From an archaeon (lineage in GTDB: Archaea; Iainarchaeota; Iainarchaeia; Iainarchaeales; JAAZKV01), in the NCBI GenBank assembly GCA_036170245.1, contig JAVHOV010000021.1, positions 1-13,515 of the forward strand: a DNA stretch of 13,515 nt, written 5' to 3'. The notes under the pieces were generated by a model. It made no database searches, was not told the DNA's origin, and was given only the letters and a program-made list of their open reading frames with translations. Of this stretch, positions 6,678 through 13,515 are shown piece after piece. A program made the translations under genes and the position numbers. The stretch's first letter is position 1; the number at the start of each line of letters is the position of its first letter.

Positions 6678-7523
6678 TTAATTTTTTTTAAAACCTAATA
6701 AATCCTCATTTTTTCTTTTTTTGATTAATTGCTTGTAATTTTCTTTTGTTCTTATTGATTTCCCTATTCTATTTTCTGCGTCTTTTCTAGCATTTCCTGC
6801 TACTTCGCCCCCTTCTTTGGCTGCTTGTTCGCATTCAATAAACCCATTTGAGTTTTTGCTTTTTGTAACTTCAGTTGTTACTTTTTCTCCAAGCATTGAA
6901 AAAATTAATTCCAAATCACTCATGTGATCTCTAAGATTCTCATTTTTTAAGTCCTTAAATTTTTTATACTCGCTTGGAGTCATTCCGAATGTTTCTTTAC
7001 ATATTTCTGCAGTAAGAATAGCATATTCTTTTTCTATTCCAACGTTTCTTTTTTTCCATTCCTCAGTTAGTTCGTCTCTGATTGCTATTCCTCTAGATCT
7101 TTTTTCAATCCAAGCTTCATTGTACCCCTTGGCTTTATACAATTCTTTCATTCTTTTTTGGGCAAGTTCAGGATCTTGTATTTCTTTTACTCTGTCATAT
7201 CCGACTTTTGCTAGCCATAGTTTGAATGGTTCTGCTTTTGGTGAGGGGATTGATTGGATTATTCTAAAAGCACCTTCGGTGTTGACACAATTCATATTTT
7301 GAAATCCGCCCAAAGTTGTTATCTTAAGGGTATGTACAATTTGTACCCATCCTTTGGTTAGTTCTTCATCTCTTTGTCTTAATTTATTTATGTATTGCTT
7401 AATATCTGTTGAATTAGTTAATGCAAGTACAACATCTTCTAAAACAAACCACCATTCTTCATTGAACCAGGTTTTTCTGATTCTTTTATCCTCAAAGACT
7501 GCCAAACTGTTTTCTTGATTCAT
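6678..7523 (-). CDS. BRO-N domain (phage antirepressor-like) DNA-binding protein
   Basis: N-terminal 'IRKTWFNEEWWFVLEDVVLALT', then 'FRIIQSIPSPKAEPFKLWLAKVG' and 'NLRDHMSDLELIFSMLGE...GGEVAGNAR'. Confidence 0.88.
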   Translation of the reverse strand: MNQENSLAVFEDKRIRKTWFNEEWWFVLEDVVLALTNSTDIKQYINKLRQRDEELTKGWVQIVHTLKITTLGGFQNMNCVNTEGAFRIIQSIPSPKAEPFKLWLAKVGYDRVKEIQDPELAQKRMKELYKAKGYNEAWIEKRSRGIAIRDELTEEWKKRNVGIEKEYAILTAEICKETFGMTPSEYKKFKDLKNENLRDHMSDLELIFSMLGEKVTTEVTKSKNSNGFIECEQAAKEGGEVAGNARKDAENRIGKSIRTKENYKQLIKKRKNEDLLGFKKN

Positions 7524-7560
7524 TAAAAATTCAACCTTGATTAGTTAATTCCTTTTTTTG

Positions 7561-7568
7561 TTTATAAA
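7561..7568 (-). promoter_or_regulatory. Putative TATA box of the BRO-N gene
   Basis: TTTATAAA 38-45 nt upstream of the ATG at 7523, followed by the RBS-like AAGGTTGA. Confidence 0.5.
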
Positions 7569-7596
7569 CGCTTTGGAAGTTATTTGCCGAAGTAGA

Positions 7597-8739
7597 TTAT
7601 GCAGTTAAGAATCTCATTGCAGTTCCAAGCATAGTAAAGTATGCTGGGTTTGTAGCTAATTTTCCAATGAATTTCCCTGGTTCATCCATGTTTCCTTCTT
7701 TGGCAAGGAATTCTTCAATTCCTTTTTTCTTTAGTTTTAAAAATAATTCGTCAGTTTCAGCAGGAGTTAGGGAGTTAGCATATCTTCTGATTTTCCAGTG
7801 AAGTTTTAGTTCTTTATTTAATGAATCCATTCTTCTTTCGTAAGAACTTAATGTAGTTTTTCCTTTGAATGTTTGGGCAATTGTTTCGGCTAATATGTTA
7901 GCAGATTTCATTCCAAATATTACTCCGCCACCGGTAGTAGTTTTTGTCTGGAAAGCTGCATCCCCAACAATAACCATGTTGCCTTTTGTAATTCCAACAA
8001 GCGGTTCGCCGTAGGGTATTAGTGCAGATTCATAGTGATAGGGTCTTGCATTTTTTAGTTTCTCAGTAATGAATTTTTTCAAAGCTTTAGAAATATTTTC
8101 TCCTAGCACCATTCCAATTCCTACTTTTGCTTTGTCTTTACTAATTGGAACTACCCATGCAAAGAATCCCTTAGCATAATCAAGAAAATGTACTTCAACA
8201 AAGTTAGGGTCAAATTCTCCCGTGCAAGTTGTTTGAAGTGTGTGAATGAAATTGTCTTTTGTAGTCTCAAGTCCAATTAAGTGCCTAATAGTAGAATTTA
8301 CTCCATCTGCTCCAACAATGATATCAGCTTTTCTTAGTTCTCCTCTAGTTTGGTTTTGAACAAATAGAGTATTGTTTCTAACATCAATTAATTTAGTTTC
8401 AGTAGCAACGTGTACTCCAATGAGTCTTGCTCTTCTTAATAAAATTGAATCAAATTCTTGTCTATCAACAACGTAAGCAACAGGTTCTTTTGTTTTTATT
8501 TTAATCATGTGTCCTGAAGGAGAAAATAGTTTTGCTCCAGAAATTGTATTTTGCAAAGAATCTCCTAAAGTAAGTCCAAGTTCTTCAACACCTTTTCTTG
8601 AGATTAATCCAGTGCAGTGCTCAGGCACTCCAATTGCATCATGTTCTTCAAGAACAGTTGCATCAAAGCCAAGTTCCTTAAGTCTGATTGCAGTTTGCAG
8701 TCCAACTGGTCCTGCTCCAATTATTGCTACTTGTGGCAT
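7597..8739 (-). CDS. Geranylgeranyl reductase family FAD-dependent oxidoreductase
   Basis: 'VAIIGAGPVG' dinucleotide fold, 'GVPEHCTG', 'VDRQEFD', 'VGADGVNS', 'FFAWVVP' and 'VGDAAFQTKTTTGGG'. Confidence 0.88.
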   Translation of the reverse strand: MPQVAIIGAGPVGLQTAIRLKELGFDATVLEEHDAIGVPEHCTGLISRKGVEELGLTLGDSLQNTISGAKLFSPSGHMIKIKTKEPVAYVVDRQEFDSILLRRARLIGVHVATETKLIDVRNNTLFVQNQTRGELRKADIIVGADGVNSTIRHLIGLETTKDNFIHTLQTTCTGEFDPNFVEVHFLDYAKGFFAWVVPISKDKAKVGIGMVLGENISKALKKFITEKLKNARPYHYESALIPYGEPLVGITKGNMVIVGDAAFQTKTTTGGGVIFGMKSANILAETIAQTFKGKTTLSSYERRMDSLNKELKLHWKIRRYANSLTPAETDELFLKLKKKGIEEFLAKEGNMDEPGKFIGKLATNPAYFTMLGTAMRFLTA

Positions 8740-8763
8740 ACACTCTATAAAAGAACCAATGAG

Positions 8764-8771
8764 TATTAAAA
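8764..8771. promoter_or_regulatory. Putative shared TATA element of two divergent leaderless genes
   Basis: TATTAAAA/TTTTAATA is centred in a 57-nt gap, 25 nt from the ATG at 8739 and 26 nt from the ATG at 8797. Confidence 0.4.
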
Positions 8772-8796
8772 TGATTCTCTATTTGATTTTTTTATT

Positions 8797-9222
8797 ATGA
8801 ATAAAGTTTTTGTTTCAGGTTGTTATGATGTAGTTCACGGCGGGCACGTTGAATTTTTTAAACAGGCAAGAGCGTTAGGGGATTATTTGATAGTTTCTTT
8901 TGCAAGTGATGAAGTTTTACTGAAGTACAAAAACAGAAAATCAGCTATTCCTATGGATCACAAAAAATACTTGCTTGAAAATTTGAAAATGGTTGATAAG
9001 GTTTACTCAAGCACTAATTTAGATGATCCTATTTTGGATTTTAAAGATGCTTTCATAAAAGAAAAAGTAAATATTTTAGCAGTTACTACTGACGATAGGA
9101 ATATTGAAAAGAAAAGAGCTTTTTGCGAAGAGAATAATGCTAAATTAGTAGTGCTTCCAAAATCACTTTTATTCAAACCAATTTCAACAACAGAAATTAG
9201 GGAAAGAATAATAAAAGATTAA
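8797..9222 (+). CDS. HxGH nucleotidyltransferase (cytidylyltransferase-like; RibL/TagD/RfaE-like, substrate unresolved)
   Basis: 'SGCYDVVHGGHVEFFKQARALGDYLIV' and C-terminal 'ISTTEIRERI'. Confidence 0.88.
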   Translation: MNKVFVSGCYDVVHGGHVEFFKQARALGDYLIVSFASDEVLLKYKNRKSAIPMDHKKYLLENLKMVDKVYSSTNLDDPILDFKDAFIKEKVNILAVTTDDRNIEKKRAFCEENNAKLVVLPKSLLFKPISTTEIRERIIKD

Positions 9223-9223
9223 A

Positions 9224-9448
9224 TCAAATTAGTTCTTTTAGTTGTTCTCTTGTAATATTCAAATCCTGTTTCATTATTTTATTTAGTAATCCTTCAGGTA
9301 TTGGGTTTTTTGAGTGATAAGGTATTGTCAATCTTCTTCCATCAGGATGAACGAAGTTTTTATGAGATCCTTTTTGTCTGCTTTCAATAAACCCTAGTTT
9401 TGAAACTATTTTGCATAAATCTTGAGGGTATATCACAGGAAGCTTCAT
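9224..9448 (-). CDS. hicA: HicA family toxin (mRNA interferase)
   Basis: 'LGFIESRQKGSHKNFVHPDGRRLTIPYH' contains the GSH motif. The ATG at 9448 is preceded by AGGAG. Confidence 0.92.
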   Translation of the reverse strand: MKLPVIYPQDLCKIVSKLGFIESRQKGSHKNFVHPDGRRLTIPYHSKNPIPEGLLNKIMKQDLNITREQLKELI

Positions 9449-9459
9449 AATAAAGACTC

Positions 9460-9678
9460 CTAACAAACAGCAACTTTTACTAATCCGATAACGCTAGTAG
9501 TGACTTTTGCTTTAGATTCTTTCATTCCTTCTACATGTAACTCAATAGCTTCTTTTATATTTTCAAGAGCTTCTTCAACAGAGTCTCCATATGAGTAGCA
9601 ACCTGGAAGAGTTGGCACTGATGCATAAACTTGTCCAGTTTTCTTGTCTTTCTCTAAGACTACATCAAAGTCTAACAT
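9460..9678 (-). CDS. hicB: HicB family antitoxin, short form without a DNA-binding domain
   Basis: 'YASVPTLPGCYSYGDSVEEALENIKEAIELHVE'. The ATG at 9678 is preceded by AGGTGA. Confidence 0.92.
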   Translation of the reverse strand: MLDFDVVLEKDKKTGQVYASVPTLPGCYSYGDSVEEALENIKEAIELHVEGMKESKAKVTTSVIGLVKVAVC

Positions 9679-9701
9679 CAAATTCACCTATTTATTATTG
9701 G

Positions 9702-9716
9702 TTTATTGTCAATAAA
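9702..9716. promoter_or_regulatory. Perfect 7-1-7 inverted repeat over the hicBA promoter (candidate operator)
   Basis: TTTATTG-T-CAATAAA lies 24-38 nt upstream of the hicB start. Confidence 0.45.
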
Positions 9717-9727
9717 AAACTATCTAA

Positions 9728-10139
9728 TTACTTCATCATTCCAAAAGTAATTTTTCTGTGAACTATAAAATTAACTAATCCAATTATAGGTATTACCATT
9801 GCTTTGACAAGAGTGGGCCATAAATGCCATTCCTTCAACGAGCATTGATATTAGAATGGAGTTTGCAATTAATGCAATTATTGCGTAAGTAAAAAAGAAG
9901 GTGAATTGCTTTTTTTTGTTAGGGTAACTGTTTTTGAAAGTCAATTTTCTTTGCATTACATAATTTGTTATTGATCCAATACTAAATGAAATTGGGGCTA
10001 CATAGTAATAGGGGATGTGAAATATTTCATTTAGGGTAAAGAATATTATTAGATCAAGTGCAGAAGAAAGTCCTCCACAGAACCCGTATTTCAATAGTTG
10101 CTTTAAATTAGCTTTAGTTAAGTGTTTATGGAGGTTCAT
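9728..10139 (-). pseudogene. GtrA family membrane protein with a +1 frameshift near 9827 (real lesion or sequence error)
   Basis: The N-part 'QLLKYGFCGGLSSALDL...NYVMQRKLTF' is GtrA-like. The expected last helix 'HLWPTLVKAMVIPIIGLVNFIVHRKITFGMMK*' continues in another frame to a stop at 9728-9730. Confidence 0.8.
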
Positions 10140-10164
10140 TTTGGAAACCTTTGTTAATTAGTAT

Positions 10165-12837
10165 TTATTTTTTGAATGCTTCGAACTTTTTCTTAGCTTC
10201 TTTTTCTTCAGGTGTGATGTGTTCAATTAGAGTTTTTTCTTCACCAAAGCCGTGTCCTGGCATCTTGAATCTTACAAAAAATAAGCTTACTGCAATTATT
10301 ATCAATATGATTAGTACTCCAATGATTAATAGAAGGAATTCGTTTCCATTATTGAGGTTCTTTAATGAGCTTTCAATAGTTAAGTTTCCATCAAGAACAA
10401 TTGGTGCTGTTTCGAAAAGTGCAATTACATTTTTGTCTACTATTTCTTGTGCTTTAATTGAATCCATTTCTCCTATTCCGTAACTTATAGTTGTAGTTGC
10501 TCCTTTTGCAACAGGAACAGTAAATTCAATTATAGGGTCATTTTTAATTATTCTGAAATTAGCATCTGAAACAATATTTCTTGCCATTTCAACTAATTCT
10601 TTTGGAATTACTTCAACTATTTTTACTATGTTTGAATTAGTGTCATTCTTGAAACTTAGTTCTATTTTTACTTGTCTCTTATTGCTGGTTCCAGTTTGAA
10701 CTATAATTAATTTTCTAGTAATTCCAGTGTCCTTCATTGTGCTGATTTGGTTAGCTGCTTCCTCTGCACTCAAACCATAAGTTTTTAGTATTTCAATAGA
10801 ACCATTCAAGTCGCTAGTGTAACTGATAGTTTCTTTTACTTGAGTAGTTGCTTTAGTATTAAATTCATCAAATAATTTAGCTGCATTAATAGCATCAGTT
10901 TTTGCTTTATCCGGCTGTGAATTTAATTCACTTATTGCCTGTGTTATCAGAGTATCTCCGTCAGTTTTGTTTGTATTAAGGTCCGCTGGGATTACTAAAG
11001 CTTGAGCTTTGTAGTAGTTTATCAAATCAGCTGATGTCTTCTGCTTTGCTTTAGCTTCATTGATTGCTTTTTCTGCTAATTGTTTTGGGGAAAGGTAATT
11101 ATCTAAAGTAACCGTTCTAGTAATTTCAGTTTTATTTCCTGCTTCATCAGTAGCAGTTGCTTTTAGAACATAAGTTCCGTTCTCGTACTTTGCAGTGTTC
11201 AAATCAAGGTAATAATTATTGTTAGTGTCCTTTGAAGTAATTGCGTTTATTGAATTGTTGAAATCAATTTCTACTTTTGATAAACTTAAATTGTCACTTG
11301 CCTTAACAGTTACTCTTTTCATTCCAATAAATAAATTATTAGTATCTTTCCATTCAATAAATGGCTTATTGTTATCAATTCTAACAAAAGCATCTACACT
11401 TCCTGATTGGTCTGAACTGCAGTAGAAGTATATTCCGTCATGTTTTGTATCAGTAATTGTTATGCTTCCTTCAAGTGAGGTTGTATCATTGGCACTGTCA
11501 AGTTCTTCTTTATCTGTATTTGGATAAGTGTATTTAAGTTCTAATAGTGCATCGCCTGTTGTATCATTAGAAAAAGTACACTTGGCTGTAATAGTATCTC
11601 CGCTTTTTGCGTAAGTTACGCTAGGGGTTAATTTAATTGATACTGTGATTGCTCTTGGAGTAATATTATTGTAACTTAGGGTTTTAGTGTTTCCTGCAGA
11701 ATCAGTTAATTTAAGATCTATATCATAATCTGATCCATTACTAAGTCCAGTAAGTGTAATTTCTTCTTTATCTACTGCTTTAGTAGTATCTTTTTTTAGG
11801 GTGCTGTCCAAATATGCTGTTGCTTGAACTGTTGCTAATTCAAGAGGTTTATGGGGGTTATCCCAAGTAATTACTATTTCTTTATCTCCTGGAGTGACAA
11901 TAAAATCTGCTTTATCAAAATTAGGGTCGTCTGAATCATAAATTATTGTCTGTCTATACTGATTACTCAAGTTTCCTGCTTTGTCTATAAATTTTGCATA
12001 GACATATACTGAATCGCCATTTTCAGTGTTGTCAGAACAGCCGTATAAATTGGATGTTATATCAAGAGTGTTTAATGTTGTGTTATAATCATGTGAATAC
12101 CATGGTCCTGTTTCACTACATGAAAGTAATATTGTAATTGCATCGCTTGAATTAAAAGTTAGTTGAGGGTTTGAATTAGAATAATCATTAGCAGTGAATG
12201 TTCCTGTTGGTGCTGTTGTATCATAATTGAAAGTTGATGTTGTTTTAGAGTTGTTCCCTACTGAATCATTTGCATCAATCAAAATAGTGTATATTACATT
12301 TGCAGTAATCCAAGTAAGTAAATTTCCTTCAGAAACTTCAATTCCATTAATAGTTGCTTTTGGGGTGCTTGATGCTCCACTACAATTAAAATGAAATTCC
12401 TTTCCTGCTGTTGAATTAAAGTCTGAAAGTGGTGAAGTGATTGAACAAACCGGTGCATTAGTGTCAATTACTATACTTGATACTAAGTTTGTTGAAATTG
12501 TAAGAGTTGCCGCATTTCCATCAGCTGCTGAAATAATTGATCCTGTAAGTGAAGAAACTTCCAGATTATTAGTGTTTTGGTTTGATCCAACTGTGTAATT
12601 AAAATCAAGAACTGCTCCGCTCACCCCTATATATGCTGCAGTTGCGTTTGTGTTTAGGGTAAGAGTTGCTGAGTTTACATTAACATCTTCATTGAATGTT
12701 ACTTTTATTTGAATTATTTCTCCAGCTTTATAACTTCCATCAGCAGTAGTTGTGGTTATGCTACTTATTATAGGTCCTGCAAAAACACTTGCTAAAATTA
12801 ATATTAAAAATAATATTGTTGAAATATTTCTATTCAT
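10165..12837 (-). CDS. Large membrane-anchored cell-surface protein with Ig-like/FN3-like repeats
   Basis: N-terminal signal peptide, Thr/Ser/Asn-rich beta repeats with four D-x-[AV]-G-N motifs and D-x-x-x-P linkers, a helical stalk, a C-terminal TM helix 'FLLLIIGVLIILIIIAVSLFFV' and a short charged tail. Confidence 0.85.
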   Translation of the reverse strand: MNRNISTILFLILILASVFAGPIISSITTTTADGSYKAGEIIQIKVTFNEDVNVNSATLTLNTNATAAYIGVSGAVLDFNYTVGSNQNTNNLEVSSLTGSIISAADGNAATLTISTNLVSSIVIDTNAPVCSITSPLSDFNSTAGKEFHFNCSGASSTPKATINGIEVSEGNLLTWITANVIYTILIDANDSVGNNSKTTSTFNYDTTAPTGTFTANDYSNSNPQLTFNSSDAITILLSCSETGPWYSHDYNTTLNTLDITSNLYGCSDNTENGDSVYVYAKFIDKAGNLSNQYRQTIIYDSDDPNFDKADFIVTPGDKEIVITWDNPHKPLELATVQATAYLDSTLKKDTTKAVDKEEITLTGLSNGSDYDIDLKLTDSAGNTKTLSYNNITPRAITVSIKLTPSVTYAKSGDTITAKCTFSNDTTGDALLELKYTYPNTDKEELDSANDTTSLEGSITITDTKHDGIYFYCSSDQSGSVDAFVRIDNNKPFIEWKDTNNLFIGMKRVTVKASDNLSLSKVEIDFNNSINAITSKDTNNNYYLDLNTAKYENGTYVLKATATDEAGNKTEITRTVTLDNYLSPKQLAEKAINEAKAKQKTSADLINYYKAQALVIPADLNTNKTDGDTLITQAISELNSQPDKAKTDAINAAKLFDEFNTKATTQVKETISYTSDLNGSIEILKTYGLSAEEAANQISTMKDTGITRKLIIVQTGTSNKRQVKIELSFKNDTNSNIVKIVEVIPKELVEMARNIVSDANFRIIKNDPIIEFTVPVAKGATTTISYGIGEMDSIKAQEIVDKNVIALFETAPIVLDGNLTIESSLKNLNNGNEFLLLIIGVLIILIIIAVSLFFVRFKMPGHGFGEEKTLIEHITPEEKEAKKKFEAFKK

Positions 12838-12916
12838 TTGATTTCACTTTTTCTTGCATCTATTAGAGTGTAATCCTTTATATATGTTATTAAAAGTTTG
12901 AAAAAAAGGATTTTTG

Positions 12917-13515
12917 TTACTTTTTATTTTTTTCTAGCCAGCAACTTAAAAATCTTAAAAATATGGTTGCATATTGTCCTTTTCCTAGTTCAAAGTTAAG
13001 TTCGTATTTTCCTTTTCCAAGCTTTTTTGCTTTAAATTTCTGGGCAGCAAAAAAAGTGTTTCTCTCAAGTATCCCTTTTCTAAAATTTTGTTCAAATTCA
13101 GTTGGTTCTATTGTTATTTGTCTTTTCATTGCTCTGTTGGCAAACAAATTAAGCTCTTGTCCTAGAAAACCTTTTTGGTTTTCTGGACCCATAAAACCAT
13201 AGGTTTTATTTGGTCCAACAATAAGTGCACTTACGTTATTAGGTTTTTTCTCAAGAGCCATTTTGTTTAATTCAACATTGAATCTAAATGCCTGTGCAGT
13301 TTTTACAATCAAGGCAACGCTTCTTGGTTCACATGCTTTAAATGCTCCCTTGTAATCTTTTTCATTCTCAATCAAATAATCAAAAAGTTTTCTTTTTTTG
13401 GTTTCCTTAAAAATATCACTTTCTGCAAGTTCTTTCCACTTACCCCAATTCTCTAAAATGCTATACTTCATCTTCACACTAAGTTCAGAATCAAATCCTG
13501 TGATTTGAGTCAAGA
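12917..13515 (-). CDS. truD: tRNA pseudouridine(13) synthase TruD, C-terminal part (5' end outside the window)
   Basis: 'DYKGAF...LIVKTAQAFRFN' resembles the TruD 'AYQSYLFN' region, and 'LNFELGKGQYATIFLR' resembles 'F.LPKGSYAT..LR'. The frame is open to the window edge. Confidence 0.72.
   Translation of the reverse strand, partial: LTQITGFDSELSVKMKYSILENWGKWKELAESDIFKETKKRKLFDYLIENEKDYKGAFKACEPRSVALIVKTAQAFRFNVELNKMALEKKPNNVSALIVGPNKTYGFMGPENQKGFLGQELNLFANRAMKRQITIEPTEFEQNFRKGILERNTFFAAQKFKAKKLGKGKYELNFELGKGQYATIFLRFLSCWLEKNKK

Noticed and set aside
6341..7523. Integrated element or provirus at tRNA-Gln
   Set aside because: No integrase, no duplicated tRNA end found in the window, and the flanking genes are housekeeping.
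7120..13202. + strand ORFs 7120-7302, 8507-8800, 10151-10483, 11219-11425, 12963-13202
   Set aside because: Antisense to recognised genes, with no family motifs.
1..13515. CRISPR array, rRNA, IS/transposase
   Set aside because: No regularly spaced repeats, rRNA-like segments or transposase motifs were seen.

Overview
AT-rich archaeal chromosomal window. The archaeal signals are a tRNA-Gln with an A1-U72 pair and a BHB-type intron, an Ogg2 glycosylase, a geranylgeranyl reductase, TATA boxes and GGTGA/GAGGT RBS motifs. The compact gene set suggests a DPANN-type lineage, which is inference only. Content in order: a type IV pilus/Tad-like operon (secretion ATPase plus two T2SSF membrane proteins, no pilin in the window), DUF192, a small coiled-coil protein, ogg, a rubrerythrin-like protein, a cis-prenyltransferase (uppS), tRNA-Gln(UUG), a BRO-N protein, a GGR-family reductase, a HxGH nucleotidyltransferase, a hicBA pair, a frameshifted GtrA gene, an 890-aa Ig-like surface protein and the 3' part of truD. 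The most notable element is the 140-nt intron of tRNA-Gln. It is almost fully base-paired by hand folding (a long closing stem plus three hairpins), has a competing alternative fold that involves the splice motif, and carries possible C/D-box-like elements. A second candidate structured RNA lies in the 234-nt gap upstream of the pilus operon.
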